Part shown: one piece after another, positions 23,586-34,800 of the stretch | How positions within the stretch are numbered: position 1 is the stretch's first letter | Layout of the letters: every line of letters starts with the position of its first letter | Assembly: GCF_001447785.1 (NCBI RefSeq) | Contig: NW_015177041.1 | Coordinates: 475,426-539,425 of the forward strand | Direction of reading: 5' to 3' | Origin: Gekko japonicus | Lineage: Eukaryota | DNA: 64,000 bases | Program-made: the position numbers and the translations under genes | The notes under the pieces: generated by a model | What the model was told of the DNA's origin: nothing | Database searches by the model: none | The model's input: only the letters and a program-made list of their open reading frames with translations

Positions 23586-24836
23586 GAGGGGCCCTTTCTG
23601 CTTCCGACACAACCCGTCACAGCCCAACATCCCTTATTTCCGGCTCCAGAGCAGCGTTCCTAGATAACGTCTTCTTTGCTTCCCACCCTCTCCAAGGACA
23701 GGAATGAGAAGCCAGCAGGATTCAGAACTGTGTGGCTGAGCATTAAGGGGGCCCTTTGTCCCAAATGTAGGCGAGGGGCACCTCCCCCTCCTCTCGGTGC
23801 GGCCCGTTCCCATGCAGAGTCAGAGATGTGGATGAAATAAAGGAGCCCCTTTGCAATGAGCCCCCATGACGCTGCCTCTTTGGTTTATTGGGAGACTCGC
23901 TGGTGCCTGTGCCAGAAGGACGCTTGCTTTTATTTAAATGTTGATGCCCTGCCTTTCTCCGTGACTCAAGGTGGTTTACAAATGCAATTTAAAACATACA
24001 ATAACCCACCCCCCAAACAACACCCTCCCCTCTAAAAGCCTTCTCCCCACACATTAAGAAAAGCCCTCTCCCCAAAAGCCTCGCAGAGCCTCCTAGACGC
24101 CTCTGCAGATTTTGCCTCCCAAGCCCTCCCCCACCCGCAGGAGACTCATTGTATAGGACGGGAGCTATGATGGGAAGAGCCTGGGCTGGGGCAGACGCCC
24201 CGGGGGTGGGGCGGCATCCTAAACAGGGCAACAGCAAGCAGGTCACGCCTGGGGGACTGTGGCCGGTGGTGTCAGGGCACACATGGGAAGAGATGGAATT
24301 CTTTTGAAGGGATTTCTTTGGGGGGGAGGGAGGGAATTTGATCACAGTCTGAAGGTTTCTTATTGAGGGGGGCCCTCAGATGAACAATGGAGTGGGGGCG
24401 GGGGTGGTTATCACGAATCAGACCTTTCTTGCAAGGAAAACAAAAAGGATTTAAATGCACAGTTTTTTTTTTTAAATCTGAGACGGTGAGGTTGCGGCTT
24501 GCCTCTGTGTGATGCCCAGGAACGGTCAAGAGCACTCTGCTTTTTGGGGGGGGGGATGAACAACAAAGAGTCGTCTCCGATGGAGAGCCCATTCCCTGAG
24601 CGAAATGAAAGTTTACACAGAGAAGAACAGACCCTTGGAGGTGAAGTGAACTGTGTTTTTGGCCGAAGGGGCTGGGAGTCCTGGGCGTAAAAGTGCACAA
24701 AGCCCTTGACAACTGCTGTGGCTTTTCCCAGCCGTCTTTCCTGCCTGTTGTGCCCAGGCGGACCTCTGAAGCGGATCCAGAAACATTCAGCCTGAATGGG
24801 TTGTTTTTAAACTCAGATACTTTGTCTACTTACAAC

Positions 24837-25044
24837 CAGTGTTCCCTCTAAGCTGAGTTAGTGTGAGTTAGCTCACAGTCTTTTTAGCCTCCGGCTCACA
24901 CATTTTTGTCTTAGCTCAGGAAGGGATGGCTCCAGAGCAAGCTAATTTATGCAGTAGCCAAATCACTTGCTCACAACTTTAATGCCAGTAGCTCACAAAG
25001 TAGAATTTTTGCTCACAAGACTCCACAGCTTAGAGGGAGCATTG
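24837..25044 (+). mobile_element. hAT-type MITE
   Basis: TIR CAGTGTTCCCTCTAAGCTG; TSD cttacaac/tttacaac. Confidence 0.85.
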
Positions 25045-25894
25045 TTTACAACGAACACCTTTCTCAATTAACTAAGACGCTTGTTAAGCTACACACACAC
25101 AGCCCTGCCTCCAAGTCGCTAATGGTGGATTCTTCTCAGGACCCCTGGTGGATGAGCATGAGGGTAGAAAATCCAGCAGAGGAAATGGTAGGCGGGTCGG
25201 GTGGGTGGAGCATCACCAAGTGGGGAGGGGCTTGTGAACCAACTGCCACTGTTTTTTTTAAAAAAAACAGGGATTTCCCTGTTCAAAAGAAGAAGTCTGG
25301 TTCCTTGCACTCCTTTAAAAGCCTCCACTTGGGTAGCCCAAACTAGCACCGCAAGCTGCTTGATGAACCCGTTGGTGTGCCCTGACCACAGGCCAGGTTC
25401 AAATCATTGGGGGGTATAAGGATCCTGGGGGCCCCTCATCCTTTTTTTTGGGGGGGGGGAGGAGGGGACAATCCTATAGCTGAAGCTAAGAGCCGTCTTA
25501 TACGGAAGAAAAGGGAGCAAGAAGACTGTGGAGGAAAATGAGGTCTTCATAGATAACAGAGTCATGGCTGAATGCACGCGAGGATTAAATGTTTGCTACA
25601 CAAGTAAAGCTTTAAAGCGCCGTGTGATGCACAGTGAGAGTGATCTGCTTGCAAACTGGAGGCCTGACTTACTAGCCCAGGAGCTAAACGCCCTCCAGGG
25701 CCTGCCTGAGAGATCCCCAGCAGCAGTTTGTGCTTCGCAAACTTTATCTCCGTGAACCTGCTAGTAGACAAGGTCTTTCCAACAGAAACACCCCCCCCCC
25801 CCAATGTGGAGATCTCCTGCCACAACAACTGTTGTTCTCCAGACGACTGAGATCGGTCCCCCTGGAGAAAATGGAAGCTTCTAAGGGTGGGCTC

Positions 25895-26493
25895 CAGTGT
25901 TCCCTCTAAGCTGAGTTGCTGTGAGCGCCGAAGAATAGATTCTTTTGAACTATGGTGCTGGAGAAGACTCTTGAGAGTCCCTTGGACTGCAAGGAGATCA
26001 AATCAGTCAATCCTAAAAGAAATCAACCCTGACTGTTCCCTGGAAGGCCAGACAGTGAAACTGAAGCTCAAATACTTTGGCCACCCAATGAGAAGGGAGC
26101 ACTCACTGGAGAAGACCCTGATGCTGGGAAAGACTGAAGGTCAAAGAAGATGGGGACGGCAAAGGATGAGATGGTTGGACAGTGTCATCGATGCAACGAA
26201 CATGAAACTGAGCAAACTTCAGAGGACGGCGGAAGACAGGAGGGCCTGGTGTGATGTGGTCCATGGGGTCACGAAGAGTCGGACTCGACTGTGCGACTGA
26301 ACAACAACAACAACAAGCTCAGAGGTTTTTTAGCCTCCAGCTCTCAGATTTTTGTCTTCGCTCAGGAAGGAGGGGCTCCAGAGCAAACGGATTCATTCAG
26401 CAGCCAAATCACGTGCTCCCAACTTTAATGCCAGGCGCTCACCACGGGGAAGTTTTGCTCACAACAAGACTCCGCAGCTCAGAGGGAGGATTG
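25895..26493 (+). mobile_element. hAT MITE with a nested BovB 3' end (~25921-26316)
   Basis: MITE ends flank RRIDSFELWCWRRLLRVPWTARRSN and a (CAA)n tail. Confidence 0.85.
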
Positions 26494-27009
26494 GGCTGGG
26501 CTCCCTGCCGAGGTCCCTCCCCTCCCCAAGCCCCGCCCTCCTCAGGGTCCACCCCAGGGTGAGTCTCCAGGCGTTTCCCAAGCCAGGGCCGGCCACCCTA
26601 ACTGTGAACCCCGAGACGCCCTGCGGGACCCACTGAGCAGCAAGCGCCTGGTAGGGAGTCGTAGGATAGGACGACCGTCACGTGGCAGGAAGAGGTGGCC
26701 GTCTCTGAACCTGCCCGTGCTGAAGAGGATGCCCCTGCTCTGTGTGCGGTGGGTGGGTCGGGGGGGGGGCTTGACTCTCCACTCCCGGCAGGCCCTCCTT
26801 CCAAAAAGGGCTTCTAGGGATTTGGGGGGAGCTGCTGCCTGCCACCCATAGGCTGTGCTTCCTCCTCGAAGACGGAGGGGGTGGGGCTGCAGAGGTCCTG
26901 GAGAAGGTCCTGGGATGGATGAAGGCCAATGAGCTGAAGCAATCTGTAATTTCTACCCATTAGATCTAGTCTCGCTCCAGATTGCAAGACTAGATCGAAT
27001 GGGTGGACA

Positions 27010-27250
27010 TTACAAGGGAGTCGTTACCGGCTAAATCTCAGGAGAAACTTCCCGACTGTGAGAGTGGTTGAGCAGTGGAACAGACTGCCTCGGGAGGTGG
27101 TGGAGGCTCCTTCGCTGGACGTTTTCAAGCGGAGGCTGGACGACCCTTTCAGGTACGTTGTAGGGCCATCTTTCGGCTGTGCTCCTGCAGAGTGCGGGGG
27201 GTTGGACTAGATGACCTGCAAGGGCCCTTCCAACTCTAACATTCTATGAT
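27010..27250 (+). mobile_element. CR1 3' end (second subfamily)
   Basis: TGGAACAGACTGCCTCGGGAGGTGGTGG...GGCCCTTCCAACTCTAACATTCTATGAT tail. Confidence 0.75.
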
Positions 27251-27935
27251 AAGACATGGGCACTGCTGGTCAACAGCAAAGCTGCTGGGGCACTCCTGTG
27301 TCAGCCTGTCACAGAGGAGGCTGGTGTCGTCCCCCCACCCCGGAAGGCATAGGCTAGGGGTGCTACTCGGTCCTGGCCTATGGCTGGAGGCTCACTTCTC
27401 TTCCATGCTACATAGCGCTTCCCCCTCCCCCCCCCAGCTTTGCCTGATACGCCAGCAATGGCCATTCCTCTAACAGCATTGCCTGTGTTGAGCCACACTC
27501 TGACCACATCCGAGTTTGATCGCTGTAACATGCACAGTGGGGGGGGGGGCTGGCTTTGAAAACCGCCCCCAAATACAGCAGCTCTGCTGTTCTCAAGGGC
27601 TTGACACAGAAATCACATATCTCCTCTGCTGAAGGATCTGCATAGGCCACCCGTCTGCTTCTGGGCACGATTCAAAGTGCTGGTTCTTATCTTGAAGGGA
27701 TGGGAATGCCTCAAGACTGTTACCATATATGGAACAAGAGAGGCCAGATGTTCAAGCTGGATTCAGAAAGAGGAGAGGCACTGGAGATCATATTGCAAAT
27801 TTACGTTGGTTATTGGAGCATAGCCCAGCCTAGCCCAATCTCATCCGATCTCAGAAGCTAAGCGAGGTCGCCCCTGGCCAGTATTTGGACAGCAGACCAC
27901 CAAGGAATACTAGGGTCCGTGATGAGGAGGCAGGC

Positions 27936-29398
27936 TGTGAAGAAACGCATGGTCTCCTGGAGGGTTGGCAAGCAGCAAAAGCCTTCCCTGTGCATTTTAC
28001 CAGTTTCCTCTCTAGTCTACAAATGCTAATGACTCTAGCGGAAAAGACAATGGGATGGTTAAGTCTTCCCCCTTCTCCCTCCTTCCCCAACCAAGCAAGA
28101 GAGTTTGGAGGGCTTTAAGCTAGACCAGCCCCAGATACAATCTCCAGGAATGGGCTGGAGGAAGTGCTTCTTTGACCTGGCAGGACCTGGTCAAGGAGGC
28201 GGAGACAGAGAATTAATAAACGTTCCTTGTCAGAGGAAGATGGTCTCTCTTTTCTTTGGGGTGCTGAACAGACCTCTTGTTTGAGGCTGGGAGCAGGCAG
28301 CCGTTTTGGACCAGAGAGCTGGGAGAATGCCTCAAGGTAATGGCAGATCTTTAGAGAACTGGAGCGCCTAAGATAAAGCCTGTTCCACATTTTACCATCA
28401 GATAGGGCACATACAGCTGAGAGTGACAGAAGAGGATTTACATGTTACCAATTATTTTTTGTTCTTACTTCAATCTGGTGCCATGCTAAAATACGCTTGT
28501 AAACATTTTCTTTTTAATAAGTGTTTTAAACTGTTGATGCAAGGACTGGTTCTCTGTACTACACAGGCCCCCACTATTTTGGACACGATCTTTTATAAGG
28601 AAGCTCCAGGAAGGGGGGAGGCAAGCGGTTGGCAACTGGCTATTCCCCCAAGGGTACACAAAGCATTAAACCTTCCCTGTGGTATTCAGGCGCTGGGCTA
28701 GTGGGAGATGTTGAGGCAAGGCCTCTGAGCTTGGATGGGGAGCTGAGGGTCCTGATCCGTTCAGTGGGAAATCCCTATATTGAAAAGGTGGTGGTGGTGG
28801 GCTAATCATGAGCAATGGTCCCTCTAAGCTGTGGAGTCTTGTGTGCAAAAACTCTACTTTGTGAGCTCCTGGCATTAAAGTTGTGAGCGAGCAATTTGGC
28901 TACTGCATAAAGTAGTTTGCTCTGGACCGGAGCCCTCCTTCCTGAGCGAAGACAAAAATGTGTGAGCTGGAAGCTAAAAAGAAGAAGAGGAGATTGGATT
29001 TATACCCCGCCCTTCACTTGGAGTCTCAGAGCGGCTTACCAGCTCCTTTCCCTTCCCCTCCCCACAACAGACACCCTGTGAGGCGGGTGGGGCTGAGAGA
29101 GCTCTGACAGAAACTGCTCTTTTCCAAGGACAGCTGTGCCAGAGCTTGTGACTGACCCAAGGTCACATCAGCAGGTGCAAGTGGAGGAGTGGGGAATCAA
29201 ACCCGGTTCTCCCAGATTAGAGTCCGCACACTTAACCACTACACCAAACTGGCTAGACTGTGAGCTAGCTCACACTAACTCAGCTTAGAGGGAACACTGT
29301 TCATGAGTACAGAAAAAGCCCCTCCAGGGAGTTGGGCACCCCCAAGGAGGGCAGGGTGGAATGGGACTTACAGGCCAGAGTAGGCACATTCTGCCACA
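27936..29398. mobile_element. Solo LTR (~970 bp after removing nested elements)
   Basis: TGTG...CACA termini and a 5-bp TSD CAGGC at 27931-27935 and 29399-29403. Confidence 0.7.
28813..29299 (-). mobile_element. hAT MITE containing a Squam3-like SINE (~28981-29253)
   Basis: TIRs; TSD atcatgag/ttcatgag. Confidence 0.85.
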
Positions 29399-29519
29399 CA
29401 GGCAATGGCAAAACCACCTCTGAAGTCTCTTTCCTTGAAAACCCCAGGGGTCGCCATAAATCAGCTGTGACTTGAGAGCACCCCCCCCCCCCGAACTGGA
29501 GCATATGATAGAAATTTAG

Positions 29520-30318
29520 AAGAAAATCCGCTCATATTTCCTAGAGTATAGCAAAGCTTTTGACTGTGTGGATCATGAAAAGCTATGGTTGGCTTTAAAG
29601 GAAATTGTTGTGCCACAACATCTGATTGTTTGGATGCACAACCTGTAACCTGGACAAGAGGCTACTTAGGACAGAATATGGAGAAACAGGAGGGTTTTCA
29701 ACTGGCAAATGTGTCAGACAGGGATGTATTTTATCTCCCTGTCTCTTCAGTCTACATGCAGAACACATCATAAGGAAAACTGGATTAAATTTAGATTAAG
29801 GTGGAATGAAAATTGGAGGGAGGAACATTAACAGTCTGAGATATGCAGATGAAACCACATTACTGGCAGAAAATAGTGAAGACGTTTGAAACGACTATTG
29901 ATGAAGGTTCAAGCAGAAAGTGCCAAATCAGGATTACAAAACTGAACATCAAGAAGACAAAAGTAATGACTACTGGGGAATTACCAAACTTCAAGGTTGA
30001 CAATGAAGACACGGAAATTGTTCAAGACTTTATATACCTTGGTTCTATATACACCAAAAGGGAGACTGCAAGCAAGAAATCAGAAGGAGATGGTAACTGG
30101 GAATGGCAGCCATGAAGGAGCTGGAAAAAAACTTCTTAAGTGTAAGGATGTGTCGCTGGCGACCAAGATCAAGGTAACGCATGCCACAGTATTCCCCACC
30201 ACTATGTATGGGCGTGAAAATTGGACAATGAAGCTGACAGGGAGAAAGTTGATTCATTTGAAAAGTGGTGCTGGAGGAGAGTTTTATGGACTGCCAAAAA
30301 GACAAATAAGAAGGTTCT
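29520..30318 (+). mobile_element. Old degenerate RTE LINE fragment
   Basis: KAFDCVDHEKLW, LRYADET and LNIKKTKVM with frameshifts. Confidence 0.8.
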
Positions 30319-30320
30319 AG

Positions 30321-30785
30321 GGGCCGCGGTGGCTCAGAAGTTAAGATGCTGAGCTGCAGACCGGAAGGTCTGTAATTCGGCAGTTCTAGACCTGAGTGCC
30401 ACGTGAGGGAGTGCGCTCCCATCTCTGGCCCCAGCTCCTGCCAACCTAGCAGTTTGAAAGCAAGAAATTGCAATGCACCTCAGCGTCTAGTCATGCCAGC
30501 CACATGACCACGGAGGAGTCTTCAGACAGCGCTGGCTTGGAAACGGAGATGAGCACCGCACCCTAGTGTCAAATTCGACTGGCTTTCAAGCAAGGGAAAC
30601 CTTTTAAATAGGTGCCGCTTTGGTGGGAAGGTAACAGCATCCCGTGCGCCTCAGCATCTAGTCATGCCAGCCACATGACCACGGAAACGTCTTCGGACAG
30701 CGCTGGCTCTTCGGCTTGGAAATGGCACTGTATCCCTAGAGTCAGATTTGACTGGCTTTCGAGCAAGGGAAACCTTTACCTTTAG
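30321..30785 (+). mobile_element. Sauria SINE with duplicated 3' part
   Basis: tRNA-like head, CCAGCTCCTGCCAACCTAGCAGTT, CTAGTCATGCCAGCCACATGACC twice, and an ACCTTT tail. Confidence 0.8.
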
Positions 30786-30879
30786 ACCAAATCAAGCCTG
30801 AACTCTCTCTAGCAGCTAGAATTAATTTCACTTTATTGCAGAAACTGGATGTCTCATGCTTTTTATTCCTCCATTAGGG

Positions 30880-31800
30880 GTGTTCCCCCAACGGGGGGCG
30901 GAGAGCCCCTGAGGCCCGGCGAGCCCCCACGGCAGAGAAGAGGCTGGCGCCCGAGTGTGCCGGGGCCCCCCCACACCGGAAGTGCCCCCCTCCCGAAAGG
31001 AGCTGGATGAGGGAACTACCAGGCGGCAGACTCTCCTCGTGGGACCTTCGCCCGGGGGGGGGGAGAGGGGGGGGCTGCCTGCCCGGAGTCCTTCCTCCCT
31101 CCCCCCCCCCGTGNNNNNNNNNNNNNNNNNNNNNNNNNNNNNNNNNNNNNNNNNNNNNNNNNNNNNNNNNNNNNNNNNNNNNNNNNNNNNNNNNNNNNNN
31201 NNNNNNNNNNNNNNNNNNNNNNNNNNNNNNNNNNNNNNNNNNNNNNNNNNNNNNNNNNNNNNNNNNNNNNNNNNNNNNNNNNNNNNNNNNNNNNNNNNNN
31301 NNNNNNNNNNNNNNNNNNNNNNNNNNNNNNNNNNNNNNNNNNNNNNNNNNNNNNNNNNNNNNNNNNNNNNNNNNNNNNNNNNNNNNNNNNNNNNNNNNNN
31401 NNNNNNNNNNNNNNNNNNNNNNNNNNNNNNNNNNNNNNNNNNNNNNNNNNNNNNNNNNNNNNNNNNNNNNNNNNCCCCCCCCCCGGCGCAGGGCGTGACG
31501 CGGCTGCTGCTGACGCGGATCCCCTTCTTCAAGGAGGTCATCGTCAGCTCCTTCGCCTGCGGCAGCTGCGGCTGGGCCGACGCCGAGATCCAGTCGGCCG
31601 GCCGCATCCAGGACCTCGGCGTGCGCTACACGCTGGACGTCCGCACCAAGCAGGTGGGTCCGCCCGGGCCGGGAGGCGGGGCTGTGGGGACCGGCCCTGC
31701 GGCGGCGACGCTTCGGGAGCCCGTTTGTCCGGTCCCACGGATGGAAACGGCATTCCCGGGCCTGGCACGGGGGGGGGGGCACCCACTCCCTCGCCTGCTC
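30880..31800 (+). promoter_or_regulatory. ZPR1 CpG-island promoter
   Basis: CpG-rich sequence with ETS motif ACCGGAAGTG at 30975-30984, just upstream of the gap that contains exon 1. Confidence 0.65.
31114..31474. other. Assembly gap hiding ZPR1 exon 1
   Basis: N run between the ETS-containing CpG island and the exon 2 acceptor. Confidence 0.95.
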
Positions 31801-34800
31801 TGCAAAGCTGGGTGGGGGAAGCCTTTGCGAGAAGCCAGCTGCAGGGGTCTGGATGGGTGCCCGGTCACCATGGAGGCCCCGGAGAAGTGTAAGGGTGCCA
31901 GCACTCTGTCACGCAGGCACCGGGCCTTTTGGGCCACTGCGTGACACAGAAGAGTGCTGGACTGGAGGGGCCACTGGCCGGAGCCACCACTGGCCTCTCT
32001 TAGGTTCTGATGCCTGCACAAATGCCCCTCTTGTCCCAGGCTGAGCCTGTTGAGACGAAGGAGGCTTTCAAAGGTGCCTCAGCATGACTCGCCTAATGGA
32101 GGGTGTCTTGTGGAGGCACGAAGCTGCCTGGTCGCACCTTTCAGGGCAGTAGTGACCTTGGCAGGGTCCTGAGGTCTACGTTTCAAAAACCTGGGGCCAG
32201 ACTGCCCATGACTAAGATGGTGGCTGGTTTGTCAATGTTTTTCTTCATGAGCTAGAAAGGAAGGCTGTTGGTGAGGATGTCGTTGAAGCCCGCACTATTT
32301 GTTTTTAAATGTCTTGACTGCCTTTCTCTGCAACCAGGGAAGGTTCAGAGCCGCTTATGTGCACCAAATCATTTTCACCACAGCAAACATTTACACCACA
32401 AAAACCAGCTCTTAAGATTTCATAGTATAGGGCCAGAGTGACATATCACAACAAAACTTCAGCGGCTGTTCTACCTGCTGTGTGATCCGTGCCACCCACC
32501 TCTGATTCCACCCTCAAATTAGGCTTGTGTTACCCCTTTTCTGATTTTTCTCTGGGTGCTGCTGTCATGCACTAACTCAGTTTGGGAATACATTTCCAGA
32601 CAGGCAGGCAGCCACTAGTGCTGGTCCTGAGTTTGTGCCGCTTCAGCTGGTGGGAAGGGTTCTGCTGTGTCCCTCTCTGCTCATGTTCCTCTCAGCCTGT
32701 GTCCATACCCGCTCAGGTGGGCTGCTGCAGGGTTCCCAGGTTGGTGTAATCTCTCCTTGAATCATTCTCTCCAGGATTTGAATAGGGAAGTGGTGAAGAC
32801 TGACTCTGCCACAGCTAGAATCCCAGAGCTAGAATTTGAAATCCCAGCTTTTTCTCAGAAGGGAGGTGGGTATATATATATGGTCATTCTGGTATGTCTT
32901 GGGGCAGTTGGCAGGGGGAGGACATGAGCAAGAGTGGCAGCAGCTAGCAAGTCCTTGATGCTAAGACTGTGTGTTACGGAGAAGGTGCTGCTCCTTCGGG
33001 TTATGCAGGGAGCTTTTTTTGCAACAGATGCCCTGACTTGAACATTAGTGTTTACGGGGGGGGGGGGGGGCAGAAGGCATGGGTCCACCAATTGGCCTGT
33101 GGGATCCCGACACCTGATAAATCTCTCTTTGCCTGTTAAGAAGTCTGTGCTTGTTGCTCTCTCCTGGTCACATGTTGGTTGCTTGCAAAAACAGTAGTGG
33201 TTGCTTGAAACCTGGGCGCTGAATTAAGTTGTGGGGGATGTCAGCTGTACCCCACCCCCCAGGCACATGCTGCCTGCATCAGAGTTCTAGTTGCAGGGTT
33301 TCCTTGGGGCTGGTGCTACCTTGCTGCAGTAGTGAGAGGCATGAAGCCAGGGGCCATTAGAGGTGAAAAAGGAAGCTGAAGAGCAGGGCTTATGGCTGTC
33401 CATTGACTGGTCAGCTGAGCTAACTCTAGTTTGGGAGAGCCAGCAAATGAACTGCCTGTGCCAATGAAGAGGAGCCCAGTTGCTGCTCTGGAGAGTGGAA
33501 GGGAATAATAAACATATGGCTTTTTCCCTGTCACTAGCACTTACAACCATCGAAGGGATAATTGACAGAGCCGTAGCGGGATTGGAGCAAGATCAGCCAG
33601 TCCGCAAGGTAAGTTGCTTGCAAAGGATCCATGTGAGCAATATCTGGGTGATATTTATTTCAGTATCTGTAGAATACTTTTCTTCCCTGTGGGAACCCAA
33701 AGCCGCTTACAACATTATTCTGCTCTCCTGCACTTTGTCCTGACAACAGCCCTGTGAGGTAGGTTGTGCTGAGAGAGAGCGATTGGCCCAAGCTTCCCCC
33801 ACCGAGCTTCCACAGCAGGATGGAGATTTGAAACTGGGCCTTCCAGATTGGACACCCGAACCACCACACCGTGCTAGTTCTCTGAGACAACACACTATGT
33901 GTGAATAAACCAGCACAAAACAAATGGTTCTAACATCTTGGGCTGGTTGTGATCTCATTGGCTGGCTCACTTGAAGTCATGGGCTCAGAGTGAAAGGACC
34001 GAGAGCCCTTGGCCCGTGCCCTCTGTGTGCCCCTCTAGTCATGCCCAGGTTTTATAGGGTACCTGAAACAGGAAGGGAAAAGCCAGTCCGCAGCAAAGAC
34101 GTTCCTCCCACTCTTTCTCTGCCTGCTGCTTTGTGGTAGTGGGGAGTCGGCTGGAGGGGTAAGATGTGTGAGTGGCCATGCTGGCTACTGATGGGTATCT
34201 TGCTCATTGAACTGGCTGAGACTGAAGTTGAGTTCTTGGGGTTGTAGTGGAAAGCTTAATGAAAACACTGACCCAATGTGCGGCAGCAGTCCTAAGCATT
34301 ATTACTGAAGGTACTAAAAACAAACCGATATTGTATTTAATGATGTGGTGTACTGTATGCAGTTCTGGTTGCCAGAGAAGCCGGTGTGATGTAGTAGTTA
34401 AGAGTGGTGGTCTGTAATCTGGAGAACTGGGTGTGCTGCTCCATGTGAAGCCTGCTGGGTGACCTTGGGCCAGTCACAGTTTTCTCAGAACTCTCTCAGT
34501 CCCACCTGGCTCACAAGGTGACCGTTTGGGGGAAAGGAAGGGAAGGTGATTGTAAGCTGCTTTGAGACTCCTTGGGGTAGAAAAAAGTAGGGCATAAAAA
34601 CCAGAGCTGAAAAAAGTACTAAGAAAGGCAACCAAGACGAATAGGGGGTTCCTATGATGAAAGGCTGGAGATCCTGGGACTTGAATCTAGAAAAAAGATG
34701 GTTAAGAGGAGACATGATAGAAGTTATAAAATTATGCATGGGGCGGAGAATGTGGCTAGAGGGAGCCTATTCCCCCTCTCTTATAATACTAAAATTCAGG

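Larger units (their letters stand above)
27820..29480 (+). mobile_element. 5S-derived SINE split by a solo LTR
   Basis: 5S-like head at 27820-27935; body and tail resume at 29399-29480. Confidence 0.65.

Noticed and set aside
22584-23630. 348-aa - strand ORF
   Set aside because: Antisense shadow of APOA4 exon 4.
25120-25755. Possible APOA5 last-exon remnants (SQDP..MR..EE; QEL..SPA..QTLS)
   Set aside because: Only scattered short motifs with no amphipathic repeat pattern; it needs a profile alignment.
26790-26830. KKGF* resembling APOA5 exon 3 RKGFW
   Set aside because: Very short, in the wrong order relative to the other candidate, and adjacent to an L2 fragment.
27950-28420. AAKAF segment as the APOA5 C-terminal part
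   Set aside because: It lies inside the solo LTR defined by its TSD.
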